A DNA stretch of 58,980 nt, the filler included, from Sphacelaria rigidula (Eukaryota): NCBI GenBank assembly GCA_964200075.2. It is 4 parts of 4 records of this genome, joined end to end, with 100 filler letters (N's around TTAATTAATTAA, not from the genome) between each part and the next. Parts side by side here need not be neighbours in the genome. Positions count along the whole stretch, not along the records: positions 29,543 to 44,212 come from CAXNAA020002106.1; positions 44,313 to 58,980 come from CAXNAA020002107.1; 2 more parts are not named here. The stretch is one strand, 5' to 3'. The translations under genes and the position numbers were made by a program. Of the stretch, positions 37,916 to 51,041 are shown piece after piece. Within the stretch, counting starts at the first letter, position 1, and each line of letters starts with the position of its first letter. The notes under the pieces were generated by a model. That model searched no databases, was not told where the DNA came from, and worked only from the letters and a program-made list of their open reading frames with translations.

Positions 37916-40900
37916 TCCGATTGTACTTGATCATAAGCGCGGATTCGATCCGGTCATCTGACGCCTTGTACATTTTTTGTACAAAGTATTGATCACATTT
38001 TTCAATTCAACATAGTATCACTTTTATGATATATACAGCGGAACATCTATTTTCATCAGACCCGCAACCATGGCAGTTTGAAGTGTTGAAGCCCGTCTGG
38101 CAACGAGAATGGTCCATATGGGGTACTTTCGGGCAGCTGCTACAGTTGCTTGCAGGAGGCGCAAAAATATTTATCGCAACTTTATGCGCGTTTCAACGTG
38201 AACATGAAAAGCTTTTCAGAAATTATAAGCTCGTTTTTGGCTTTGAAAAAAACAGCTTATTTCAACACCACGAACCCCAAATTAAGCTAAACTTCATGCG
38301 CGCACACGAAGCTGAACCTTACTACAGTTATGGGTCGGAATGGGAGGCCTAACAACCAAAAATACCCACTCCGAAGATAATATTGAAGAACACAGGGGAA
38401 TGATGAACACGTCATTAAGCAGTTGCACCTCGGCCGGGGAGAACACGACTGAAACACACGCTTCGTCCCAAATTAACTTGGTTTAGTATGCGACAGCTGT
38501 AGCACTTTTGATCGTGACGTTCTTGACACAGGAAGCACCTCGGCCCACGGCACTTTACAGCCCCCCCCATACACACAACAGCCACGCCTAGACGTGAGAA
38601 CCTTTGCTCAATTCGCGACAGCGGACCGAAAAAGCCCCAGGAGCCGAACAACACCCCATTTTTGTGTATTTGGGTTGTTGGCCGCTCAGAGTCACGCGCG
38701 AAGGCGATAGCATCACGTGTCGACCTAGATTAGATTTGTGGAAAGCGCACGCAAGAAACCGCAGTCCCATCCTCCGCTTCGTTGCCGACTTAGCCGCGTT
38801 GATGAAGACGGTATCCTAGCAGATTAGTCGCGGGGAAAATCAGGCTCAGCGAAGGAATCACAAAAAGGTATTGTTGCTGCGGTCGATGGGACGAGCGTTG
38901 TTGGGCTAGCAGGACTTATCCCGTGGTGGTGGTGTGGTAAATGACATCCTCGTTGCCGACGTAGCTGGCGAGTGTACAATACTATTACCTGTGCTGTTGT
39001 TCGGGAAAACGCACGTCATCGCGCAAAATATAATGCAGCGTTACACCACAGTGTCTTGCATCCGGGTTTGTACAGCTCGAACTGGGTTTGAGATACGCAC
39101 GAGCGGTTCATCCACGGGTCTGCCGGGAGGAACAATCTGGACACGTAGGCCCTCCCTCCCCCCCACCCCCTCTTGGAGCGCAATATTTCGAAAATTGTCA
39201 TCATTTATGTGATTTTATTTTGCTGAATATTGTCGAAGAAATTGATCAAGAAACGCTGACAAAAACCGAAAAGTCTGGTGAGCTTTGCGACGTTCGTATA
39301 TTTTTGCTCCTTGCCCAAATCTTGTGTGGCAGCCGCTCTAGAAGGTACATCGGGGCCTTCGCTAGTAGAGGAAACTGCCAAAGATGAGCTCGGGGAGGGG
39401 GGGGGGGGTTGGCGGCGTGTCCGCCACCCCAGCGGTCTCCTTCCAAAGGACCGTGTTCCACAGCACCCAAGCAGCCGCCCCCACCCCCCCCCGCCTCNNN
39501 NNNNNNNGCCAGAGTGGTGGGGGGCACGCCCGGGGGGGGGCGCGGGGGGGCCTGGGGGAGGAGAGGAGCGGGCGAGGGGGGGGGGGGGGGGGGGGGGGGG
39601 GTTGGCGGCGTGTCCGCCACCTCAGCGGTCTCCATGCTAAGGATCAGTGTCCACAGCAGCCGAGCAGCCGACCGCATCCGCCCACGCCTCGGTGATAAAC
39701 TATGGGTTAACAAGCTGCGTGTTCCCCCCCCCCCCTAAAAAGCTCAACATTTCGATTTGGGGGCCTACGTGTCCAGAAGTTTCCTCCTAGCAGACTCGTG
39801 GTTTATAATAAAAATCGCAGTTTATCTACGAGACGAAGTCAGCTCCTCACATCTTGCTCACTAACCCTCTTTGTCCCTGTTGCGTGTAGAGATCGGATGG
39901 CACAGGATGGTACCACGTGAGTGTGCGATGCGCGAGGTGAGGGGAGGCGCGGATAACTCCAAAGGCAAGGGAACCCCAGAGTTGGAGATCAACAAAGACG
40001 AAAAAGGTGATCGCGAGAGTTGACTTTCTGAATATACATGCGACCAATATTTTGTAGTGCGGGTATCGCCATTCATTTCAGATCCCGCCCACACAACAGT
40101 CGGCCTCTTCTCATTCGCGTTCATCTCTCGCTATCCAGTCGGCCGTTTGGTGCCTTACTTCGGTACGGATCATGGGGGAAGCGCATACCCAACTAATTTG
40201 GTCTGAAATAGCTGTACCACACTGTGCTCCCGCGGCGCTGTTGTTTCATTTTGTCTACGTGTGCACGCGCTTTTCGCGTCCAGACATTTTTCGCCGGATT
40301 CCATGCTCCAGGAGCCGGCCATCTCTAGCTTTATTTCTCGCAAGTTTTTAAAGTTGGTAGGGCAACGCTCCCAAACAGCGGACAACGCGGCATGGGGCCC
40401 AAATGGGGCAAGAAGTATGAGTGGCAAGGTTTTTCGACCCATCAGAGCCTTTCAGTATACGAAAATGCGGCGACCTTTCACCGATCAGATGAGAGAAACG
40501 AGTGGCATATAAAGGCCAAAAACACTTTTGATTGGCGCAAACATTGCGCCGCTCCGAGATAGACAGCTGCTACCATCAATCGCTCAGGATACAGCAGCTC
40601 CGTGCTGGCTCAGTTTGTATGCCCCAACCTGCACGCACCCGCCTTTCGTGTTTTTACCAATCACAGCACGTGACTACAACTGAAGTACCAAAGAAGACGC
40701 AACAGACAGCTAGCTGCACAGCCGTCACGTGGTCGCTTCAACTTCGTAGAGACAGCACTTTGATCCTACCCCAATTCTGTGCAGACCGAAGCACGGCGTG
40801 CAGCCGTACAACAGTTCAGGCACCCTCCAGCGCACATCACACCACGTTCGTCGTAGAGTGTTCAAAAGCACAACAGCACAGCGACAACTGCAGCATAGAA

Positions 40901-43900
40901 ATGATGGGTGTGGGAAGCACCTTGTTCGTTCGACATCAGACGAAACAGCCAACACACCATTAAGATTTCAACAGCGTGTAGACAACACTTCTTCCGACTA
41001 ACATCATTTTCTATGGAGACGAACGCAATGACAATAGAGCAACTCAGGCGGTCTCTGCGGAGACCAAACCGCCTCCGCGAAGGTCTGAATGCGCTACAAC
41101 ATAGTGACAGCTTCAGCACATGAGAGAGGGCGTGAGTGTGTTTATGCTGCAGCACAGTGAAAAGGGACATGTTCCATGTGACAGTTCTTCACCTGATTTC
41201 AGACGGATCCCCAATTTTTGCCGAGCGCCGAATTTTAAACGCTCCACCATGATCGCGCTTCGCGTGAAAAAATATTCTAACTCTTTTTGAGTCACCACCC
41301 CCCTCTGTGGGAGGTGAACCAATAAAGCCGCATCGCAATCATTTTCCAACATTTCACCCATAACGGTGGTGCAAGGCGTCGTGACCTCTAACGGAATGAC
41401 AATGCAGTCGAGTGTAGCACGGCCTGTGCGCTGTAGACTACGAATCATTCACACCGCCTTCTTCCAGCTGAGGCTGGCGAGAATGAGGAGTTGTACCCAA
41501 CGCGGCGTCTTATACCCGCCTGTAAGGCGTGAGCGGACCGCATGCTTTTTGGGCCGCATTGGAGTTCAAGGCACTCCGGAACCGGCGTTTTTCAAGACCG
41601 CCCGAGTCAGTCCCTGCAGGGACCGCGCCCCTGACCCTAACCATAACACTCTATCCCTAAACCTAACCCTCACCATAGGGGTGTTTAACTTCCGATGCGG
41701 TCCAAAAAGCACGCGGGCCGCTCACGCACTACACCCGTCGAGCATGTACATTTCACGTAACACAACCAAGCGAATGCTGATACCATGGCGGCGTCAAGGA
41801 GGTCCTCTAATTGCGATGCCAAGCGTTGCTACTTCGTGACTGGTTGATAATGATCAGCATGACAGTTATAGTGGATGCCTCACTCTGCTTGTTGGGGGTA
41901 TGTTGATTGTGATCTGGCTGTGACCGTAGTGGTGGGGGTGGGGGTGGATATTTTTGATGTCGCTATGAAGTTTGAAGAGGCACATTGGTTCATATAGTGG
42001 TGTGCTCCAAACTGAACTCTCGCTCCGACAAGTTGACCCTGAGGTTTTTCTCATGGTTGAACGTGTACCGTTACCGGCTTTTCCCTCTTCCACTTTGACC
42101 CTAAAATGCGAAACAACATTCTCGGAAATTCCCTAATATGATGCGTTGTTTGCATAAGGCAGATCGATATGAGAACGAAGAATGTAATAATCGAATAAAT
42201 GACGGGTATGGGGAGTAACAATGACAAAAACGACAAGAGAAAATCCGGCGGCAATGGCAACGACAAAGAGGACAACAACGTCGGCATCCAGACCAGCATG
42301 CAAACACAGTCATCCTGGACACAGGCACAGATTCGGAGCCTACAAACGCCGTTGTTCCATGTATAGGTGCATTTTCGGCGCCGGTGATGGGGACTTCACC
42401 GTCAAGCGGAATACGATTTACATTTTCCCCAGAGCCTTCGAACAGTTCTACAAAACATGTTCGTCGTATCTCTTCCGTTAAGCAGACTCTGATGCATCCA
42501 CTCATTATCTTGACAGTGGTTGCTACCCGGTATTAAGCGAAAAGTGTCTGAATATGTCGAGCTAAGCCCTCCGGAACGGATAGAGGGACAACACCACATC
42601 ATCTGCTAAGCGGGACGTGTAGATGTGTGATTCGGACGGCAGCTACAGACTCGAACGGCACTGAGCGCTCTGTGCGCTTACCGGCTGCAATGGTATCAAT
42701 ATGATGATCATTCATTGAACCGAATAGAAACAATATTTTCGTGAGATTGAGAGTACAGCGCTGATTGAGATCGTGTTTCATCATCTGCTCTAACGGAGCC
42801 AACGTTTTGTTCCGTATTTGCTTTTCTGTGCCTGAATTACGGGCTTGTGTTTCTTAACGACGATATCCTACTCAGGGATACCGTGGGCTGCAGTGGGAAG
42901 CTACTCCAGAAAGCATATGGGACCTGGTGGAGGAGCATTCGGGAACTGAAACATTTATTCACTCATTAACCGCTTCTAATTCTCAATCGTATCCTTTACT
43001 TTCCATCTCACGAAAATATGATTTAGAGTACCTCAGCACTCATGGATACGTAAGTTTCAGGAAACCTAATGGGCATAGATGCAGCTCTATAAATTTATAC
43101 GAGCGTAGAGTTTGATCCAGCTTTGTTGTTCAAAAGTAGAAAAGAGAACGAAGGTGAAAACCATAGGTCATCATCGATTATGTACAAGGCTGTAAATCAG
43201 ACTGAGAATAGATCGACGTCTACATGGAAAAAGAAAAAACATCATCTTCGTCGCCACCATGAGCAGCAGCAACAGCAGGAGCAGCAACAACCGCAAAACA
43301 CTTGATCGTAAAGGGGCGGCAACTCCAGAAATGTAGCGTTCAGTCTGAAAGCGGTGTTTGCGGAGGCATGAACAAATTCTGACGATGTAGGACGTACGTG
43401 CAGAGAAAATGTACGTGCTTTGATATTCTGTACGTCGCCTGGCTCAGCGTAAAAGTTTGCCATCGCAGCTAGGTTGCCGCAGCTACCAGACACGCGAGTA
43501 CCGGGAGTGTCAGCAGCAACCGAGTAGCCTTCATTTTGCAGCGGCCTACTGGTCTCAGCAGGACAAGTAGGTAGAAGCAGGTAAGAACTAGCGCGCTTTG
43601 CAGAGGATCGATGGACTTTCACATCGTGATCTGGGATAGGCGTGGGCGCGGCTCAAGCAGACGGAGATCAAAACCTGCCACCACACGGAGACAGCATGGT
43701 TGGGGTAGTGGCCGGCGGACCTCCCATAGACGGCGGCGGGAGCCAAGCACACCAAGACGGCGAGGTGGTGGTATCGCATAATAAGCCACACGCAGCAGCG
43801 GCACCCGCAGCTGCGGGCGCCAACGACCAACCCCAGGGCATACCGCAAGCGCCTGTGATGTCTCAGCAGGCTTTTCAGCAACATATGCTGGCCGCATTAG

Positions 43901-44212
43901 CTCAGCTGACCAATCGCTTGCAGCCAGTCGAGAATCACCATCAGCCGCAGCAGCTTCAGCTCTCGCAGGCACCCTTACAGCAACCCCACCTACAGATAGG
44001 GAACAGGTGGCAACATCCCCCACACCCGCGGGCATTAGCAGCTGGCGCTCAAGCAGCGGCACAACAGACCGCGGCCGAACAGGCGAGCATCAAAAACACT
44101 ATATTCGTGAGACTCAGAACGTAGTTTCAGAAATTTCTACGATAGCCCCCCCCAAAACCCGCTGAAAGTGTCACGAAAAAAATGGCCATACAGCGCCTGA
44201 CGTTCGGGTTCA

Positions 44213-44312
44213 NNNNNNNNNNNNNNNNNNNNNNNNNNNNNNNNNNNNNNNNNNNNTTAATTAATTAANNNNNNNNNNNNNNNNNNNNNNNNNNNNNNNN
44301 NNNNNNNNNNNN
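44213..44312. other. Artificial contig-joining spacer
   Basis: Identical 100-nt linker. Confidence 0.98.
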
Positions 44313-44858
44313 CTGGGCTGCGTGTACCTGGGTTGCAACGCTGAAATAAAGCATATGGATTGATTCGTACGAGGTGAATCAATTATACTAAAACCAAGTA
44401 ATTTCCAGATTAATCATTATTTGTCCGACCCTTGGAAAAGTGCCTGCGTGGAGCTTCTGCGTCGTTTCACGACCTGAAGGACAGCCATCGTAGGGGGATG
44501 TATTTTAACACCTTGGAACGCCTTGCCGTATACTTGTTCAGACGGTTGCAGCACACTTGTGCGTTTTTCCTGTGGCTGCGGGTTTTTTCTTGCCCGAAAT
44601 TCTATTATCCTCGGAGACCGCTCATTATTCTCTGATGACACCGGTCAACTTTTTTTTTGGTGTCCTGGTAATTTGGACTGTCTGTTATACTCGTATCTAT
44701 AGGCACTGACCCGTTTTTATTTTTCTTCGTCGAGAGCGGCAATACATACATCTGTAGTATCATGTGTTTCACCTACACGAGGTGAAACAAGCTGAACCTC
44801 TACAAATATTTCGCTTTTGTGGAAGTTGGGGGGAAGTCTGACGCACTTGTTGTGCCGC

Positions 44859-44860
<2 letters not shown>

Positions 44861-44890
<30 letters not shown>
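44861..44890. repeat. (CTG)10 microsatellite
   Basis: Read directly from the sequence. Confidence 0.9.
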
Positions 44891-44891
<1 letters not shown>

Positions 44892-44907
44892 ACGCTGTTC
44901 GATGTTA

Positions 44908-45069
44908 GGCCGTGTCTTGCCAAGACCGAAAAAACGGAACACGCGTCCAAAAGCAGCATGTTGATTGATCGCCGGGCGGGTCTATGGTTGCGGCGGCTGA
45001 TCAACATGCTGCTCTTGAGAGATTTTTCCTTTTCCCGCTTCTGTTTTTGTTCGATGAGAGACGACGGCC
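44908..45069. mobile_element. Hairpin MITE, Harbinger-like
   Basis: GGCCGT...ACGGCC ends, internal GCAGCATGTTGAT/ATCAACATGCTGC, TTA on both sides. A similar element lies at 19231-19419. Confidence 0.7.
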
Positions 45070-45072
45070 TTA

Positions 45073-45551
45073 GGTCAACTCTGATGGGAGCCGTTCAAAA
45101 AAATCCCGTCGAAAACTGCCTTTTGGGCCCTTCTCCGTCGATTAATGCCCGAAAAAAGGGCTATTAGTAGGCGGATACTGACGCCTTGGAATGACTTGCT
45201 CTACTCGTTGAGACCGTTCTAGGGCAAGTTTGCATTTCCCCGCTGCCTGCACTTTTGTTTTTGGCCAAATGAGACCGAACACGAATATTCAGTAAAAAAA
45301 CGGCTAGGTGATCAAAATTTCCCCTTTTTTTTTTATCGCTTGACCGTTTTTGTTGAAAATCCGTGTCTGACCAAAAATGAAAGTGCGGCCAGCGGGAAAT
45401 GCAAAGTTGCGCTGAAACGGCCTCAATAAGTAGAGCAAATCATTCCAAGGCGTCGACATCCCTAGCCCTCTTTTCAGGCGTAAAACGACAGAGAAGGGCC
45501 AAAAAGGCAGTTTTGAACAGAAATTTTGAACGGCTCCCATTAGAGTCGGTC
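45073..45551. mobile_element. Foldback MITE, PIF/Harbinger (Tourist)-like
   Basis: ~230 bp inverted arms with ends GGTCAACTCTGATGGGAGC / GCTCCCATTAGAGTCGGTC; TTA on both sides. Confidence 0.85.
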
Positions 45552-45600
45552 TTACACCTGCTTGTGCTTGAATTTTAGCCCCTTTAACGATTATACCGAG

Positions 45601-45983
45601 CCGGTCGCCCCGGTGGCTCAGTTGGTAGCCTCGAAACATTCTGACGGTTGGGTCGTGAGTTCGAATCTCGATGAAGGCACTCGATCTGGGCTTTTATCTC
45701 ACATCATATACAACTGTGGACGGCGACTGTGTCATGGGTACACGAATTCGATTTCACGGTCGACGAGGGAAAGGGACCGCTGATCTCCTCTCGCGATACG
45801 GGAATAAGGCAAGCACCGCAGATGGATGGTGGAGTACTTCAAACAGAAGAAAATACAAGGAAAAAAAACCGTGTGTTGGCGTTCCTCCCTGTGTGACCCC
45901 GGCTGATTCGCCCACATATACCGAAGGGGGTAGACTGGCGCCCAATATAAATGGGATGACAACACAACGCCCAGCACACACAC
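45601..45983 (+). mobile_element. tRNA-headed SINE-like element, family 1, full length
   Basis: A box TGGCTCAGTTGG (45614), B box GTTCGAATC (45659), shared ~300 bp body, CA-rich tail. Five other copies in the window. Confidence 0.8.
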
Positions 45984-46489
45984 GTTCTCTTCACTAGCCC
46001 ATTGTGTATTTGCGTCATCTCAAACTCGAGGTTCGTGGTACATTCAACAGTACACTTGCAGTGAAAATCTACAGCTTTTTTCAATACACGGGGAACCTCG
46101 AGTTTGAGACAAATATACTGTCTATATTTCATAGTGTGCACACCATTCGTGTGGTGTGGACTGTCCTGCGCGCGAGGGGCCGTTCAGCAAACAGCCGAAA
46201 GCAATGGTTGAGGCGTACGAAGCCAAGACGTACGTAACCCTGACCCCAATCCCAACCCATGAAAAGATCCGGAGATGTGAATATTCACGCTGACCTGAAG
46301 CGTATTTAATATTCAACCATGCTTCCGGGTGTGGTCTGAACTCTGTTGCTGCGCACCGAACAGTCGGTTTTTTAAATCGAGGAAACTTAAGAAGAGTGCG
46401 ATACCTTCGAGACACAACGGTGGCAGATATATGTCTATAATTGAAATTCGTGTTGAACGGAAGTATCGTTACCGGGATGTACAAAGTCA

Positions 46490-46857
46490 CCGGTCGCCCC
46501 GATGGCTCAGTTGGTAACGCCGAAATCTCTAGATGGTTGGGTCGTGGGTTCGAACGTCGGAGCGATCCAGGATTTTTTCTCACTGAACGCCCAACAGTGG
46601 AGGGCGACTATGTCGTGGCTACACAAAATTCGACGTATGATCGACGAGGGAAAGGGACTGCTGGACCCCTCTCGCGATAAAAAACAAAGGCGAGCAAGCA
46701 TCGCAGAGGGAAAGTGAAGTACTAAAACAAACAGAAACAAGAGAAAACTCCTGTGTTGACCTACCTCCTGTGTGACCCCGGCGGGTGCGCCAAAATATAC
46801 CGAAAGCTGTAGGCTGGCGTCCAGAATAGAGCGGATGGCAACACAAACACACACACA
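46490..46857 (+). mobile_element. SINE-like family 1, full length
   Basis: Same 5' end CCGGTCGCCCC, A/B boxes, body and (CA)n tail. Confidence 0.8.
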
Positions 46858-47574
46858 AGGTCTCCATCATCATCTTTCAAATCCGTCAACCCGCACTCAT
46901 TTCATTGCCCCGCATGGCATGGTACCATACTGTTGAGGGTCCATCCTAGCTGTCTCGAGGAAAAAAAACAGCGAACACTGTGTTCTTCAAAGCGTCGCTA
47001 ATTGAACACAGCGGTAGAGCGTTTCAGCATCAGGTGAAGCTGAAGTTCACCGTGACGTTCTTACATCCGGCTAATTCGTTTAACGTGAAAAATGTCTTGG
47101 TTTTTGAGTGATTGGTTCGTACCGCACGAATCGATTCTTGGGTTTTGTTTTCAGAGTTGCACCCCAGGTACGCGCGGCGCGCGCACACGAGGCGCGTGAG
47201 ATGCCGCAAATTTTGCGTAGAGGCGTTTTTTGCCCGCCGTCGATGTTGTCTCTCTTTCGAGCAATTAGGCCCCCCGAGCAGTCTTGGATTTGGTGATTAG
47301 AACCAGATAAGAGCCGGACGACCCCTTGCCGTGTCGTCTTGGAAGATCTTGGATATTTGTTGCTGTACTCACGTCATACCCGATATGTTTCACTCTGCAC
47401 GAGATATTTTTGTCGTTTACTTTGCTCTCGTTTTCATCGTCATCGTTTTGTGAGGGCCAGACGGAAAAAAGACAATGTTAACTTATATATTTGTGCCTTC
47501 TTTTTCTTTTTCGTCTCCATGTTCTCTTTTTTTTTTTTTTTTTGTGGGGGGGGGGGGGGGGTTGGCTTTCTCAG

Positions 47575-47694
47575 GGCCGGAAAGGCAAGTGAACTTAGCC
47601 GAGGATGACATCCGAGCGCTGTGTCTGGTGGCACGGGATGTGTTGCTGGACCAGCCTTGTCTGCTGCAACTGACAACGCCCATCAAGATCTGCG
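47575..47694 (+). CDS. PP1: Ser/Thr protein phosphatase PP1 catalytic subunit, partial at both ends: join(<47575..47694,49332..49416,50896..51041,52570..52746,53686..53837,55582..>55716)
   Basis: Translates (R)PERQVNLAEDDIRALCLVARDVLLDQPCLLQLTTPIKICG. Canonical splice sites, and all six exon phases join in frame. Confidence 0.93.
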
Positions 47695-49331
47695 GTGAGA
47701 TGGAGAAAGAGAGAGGTGGCAAACGAATGTCTCCCGGAGTACAGGGTTCATTTATTGCTTTTTGTGGGCGTGAGTAGGTGGAGATTCTCTGCATATGTCT
47801 CTCTTGATATTTATATATATATATATATATATATATTCCTCTCTCTTTCTCTGTTGCTCTGTGTGTGTCTCTCTCTGTCTCTCTCTGTCCCTTTCTGTCC
47901 TTCTCTGGGGTTCCCTTACCTGGAAGCCATGCGGCAGGACCGGCCGCTTAATTTTTTTTATTCTTCCTTTTTCGTCCACTGTTACATTATTTGCGAAAAA
48001 ATATTCATGAAGTTATTCCGTGTGGAATGGGCGTTTCTTGCGTGTGTGGGGTACGGCAGCCAGCAGAAGCATAGGTATAGTAGTATGGAGTAAAGAGCAC
48101 AGGTGAGGCGACTTGAGCCAGGACGACTCGGAGAGAGTACCAAGAAGGCGGAATCATGGGCAGAGAGTATGCCGTATGGTGTTCGCGTGTTACCATAGCA
48201 GTAATAGCCAGCGTGCATCACTTGATTGATTTTCATTCGACTGGTGGGTTAGTTGGTTGGTTTGTTTGCCGCTCGTAGTGCGTGCTGCTCTGTATGGTCA
48301 TACTTTTTTCGGCCAAAATGTGTCAGGTTATTTTCCACATCCTGGATAATGAAACTAGTATTACATTGTAAAAAAAGTGTACTACGTACGTACAGTATGA
48401 AATCTATTGTCTACCATCGCAATAGACACAATAATCGATACTGCACGCAGTACATCTTTAACAACGTAATCTATTATCATACTCCAAGGTGTGGTATTTT
48501 CACGTTGTGAAATAAAACTAGAACACGAGATTTTTCCAAATGTTGTGATGTTTGTCTGCGAGAGGATTGCCTGGCGTTCAGACACAACTTCGTCCTGACT
48601 GCACTATTACTGCAGTAATAGCGCGAGTCCGCGAGAGTTTGTATCTAAACTCCAGTACACCGACCCCAGCAAATATTTATGCACCCCCTACCGTACACAT
48701 CCAACTCAGCAAACAATTGTTTGTTCATACATGACATTATTTGCCTTTTCCTTGTCCAAGAAAAACAAACGAACAAAACATACGCGAAACATTTATTGTC
48801 TTTCCCTTGTCCAAAAGAAGGCGAAACAAGAAAAAACACATGCCAACCCCATCCACCCGTTGGCCTTTATTCGTTGTCATGGACCACACGTGTGATATCG
48901 GTGTGGAGGTTGAGGATGGAAGGCAAGTCGACGCAGAGCAATGGTCAAGCGACGTGGAAATTGAAATATTTCAGATATCGTCATGTGCGCAGAAGAGTTG
49001 AAAGAGTCTGTTATTTCATGTGGTTGTCGTCCGACGAGTGTGTGATTGATTGATTTGTTTGTTTATTTGTTTGTTTGTTTGACTGATTGGCGCACTTTAG
49101 TAGACCCCTCAGGGATCCAGCCGTGGTCATATAATAGACGTACCCAAGAAAGACGAAACTGAAAAACTCGCTAAAATACATTCGACGAGGGGGGGAAAGT
49201 TAGGACAGAACAACAGAGTAGACTTCGGGGAAATAAATCGATGAAAAATGGAAACGAAATAAAAAAAATGGCTGGCCTGTTCCACTACGCATTTTGTTGT
49301 GCCATGTCTTTCGTGTGTGTTGTGCGTACAG

Positions 49332-49416
49332 GTGACATCCACGGGCAGTACCACGATCTGCTCAGGTTGTTCGACTACGGTGGACATCCGCCGACCTCTA
49401 ACTACCTGTTTCTTGG
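49332..49416 (+). CDS. PP1: PP1 exon with GDIHGQ motif
   Basis: [32 protein letters not shown] / GTGAGT sites. Confidence 0.96.
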
Positions 49417-49631
49417 GTGAGTTAGTTCATAGCAGCGTATCCGCGATCAAATGCGGTGTGTGGCTACATGTAACATAACAGCTCGGCCTGCTCATGAGAT
49501 GTTGAAAATCAGGGCCAGTCTGAGTTTCTTTCCGATGCAAAGATCAATTGTATTGGACTTGGGTGTAGCGGTCGTCGCTGAGGCTGTGTACTATGGTACC
49601 TACTGTGCACCGTGCTTTACGGTGCTCACAA

Positions 49632-49992
49632 TGTGTGTGTTGTTATCCCATCTATTCTGGACGCTAGTCTATACCTGTCGGTATATGTGGACGCACCAGC
49701 CAGGGTCACACAGGAGGAAGGTCAACACAGGAGCTTTCCCTTTTTTTTGTTTGTTTTTTAGTACCCCACCTTCCTTATGCGATGCTTGCCTTTATTTTTT
49801 TATCACGAGAGGGATTCAGCAGTCCCTTTCCCTCGTCGACCGTTAGGTCGAATTTTGTGTCCTCACGCCATTGTTGCTCTCCACTGCTGGGCGTTGTGTG
49901 CGAGAAAATTTCCAGATAGCTCCGAGATTCGAACCCTCTACTCAACCGTCAGAAGGTTTCGAGGTTACCAACTGAGCCACCGGGGTGACCGG
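49632..49992 (-). mobile_element. SINE-like family 1, full length, antisense in PP1 intron
   Basis: Reverse complement aligns end to end with 46490-46857. Confidence 0.8.
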
Positions 49993-50895
49993 TAATTACA
50001 GTAGGTAGCGATCTCGGGTGGGGGACCTGGATCTGCCAGAAACACAAAGGAGGTATACCAGTAGTCGGGTAGAGGAGAAAGTAGGGGGCACACAATGGCA
50101 AAGCAATAGTTGTAGCCCAATCATACCAAGTCGTAGGTTTCAGTATAATCGCGTGCATACTTGGAGCAGTGGCAGGGGACAAGGGATCCTGGATTGATGG
50201 CCCTTTTCTGTGTGACCCCTCGCTGGCTGGCTCGTGATGTGATCTGTTGAGGATCACTGCGTCATGATAACAAGTTAGAAGAAAGACTTGACGAGCACGA
50301 GGCTAGTGATACTGTACTGGAGGAGTCCCTCGTTGAAAGTCCTCTTGTCCAGATTGCCTAGCAGGGGCTATAACATCTAGATATTTGGCGTAGAAAACTT
50401 CAAAGTGCGACAATCAATCAACCAATGGAATCACTAGAGAGTAGAACTCGTGTAGTGGCAGAATGTGAATGAAGCGAGGGGGAACGGGGCGTGTTGAAGG
50501 GGGAAATGTGTGCGGTAAATGAAGGCGGCATCACATTAGACAGTGGCGAGAAAATGATCGCTAGTATATACTAGGAGAGAGGTGTTTGCCACAGACGGCG
50601 AAACAGGAAGGGGATAGAAAATGCATGTCAGTTTTTTCTCGTGTCATGTACGATGTGAAAAAAACGTGGTGAGCGCCGATATGTTGGAGGTCTCTCTACC
50701 GGGAGTAGTAATGGTGCTCCGTCTCGAAAGGGATGCGTGGTCAATAGTCAAACGACTGAGGCAAGCAACAAGTGAGTACGCCCCCCTCCCCCCATCCCGG
50801 TCTGTAGTAGCAACTCCCCTTTCACTTCTTCTACCCCTTGCGTGCGAACGACCTAATCGAGATGGCTGCCTCGGGTTTATTTTGTTATTTTACAG

Positions 50896-51041
50896 GGACT
50901 ACGTGGATCGAGGAAAGATGAGCCTTGAAGTGATATCTCTGCTGCTGTGCTACAAGATCAAGTACCCCCAGAATTTCTTCATCATGAGGGGGAACCATGA
51001 AAGCGCGTCTATCAACAGGATGTATGGCTTCTACGACGAAT
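50896..51041 (+). CDS. PP1: PP1 exon with GDYVDRG and RGNHE motifs
   Basis: [51 protein letters not shown] / GTGAGT sites. Confidence 0.96.

Noticed and set aside
39390-39740. Poly-G/poly-Pro ORFs and local duplication around an N10 gap (likewise 8230-8420 and 52340-52530)
   Set aside because: Likely low-quality homopolymer sequence and a gap-flanking duplication artefact.
45601-45680. tRNA genes at the SINE heads (also 1-73, 46490, 49992, 54605, ~33960-34035)
   Set aside because: A/B boxes are present but there is no proper cloverleaf, and most run into a shared repeat body.
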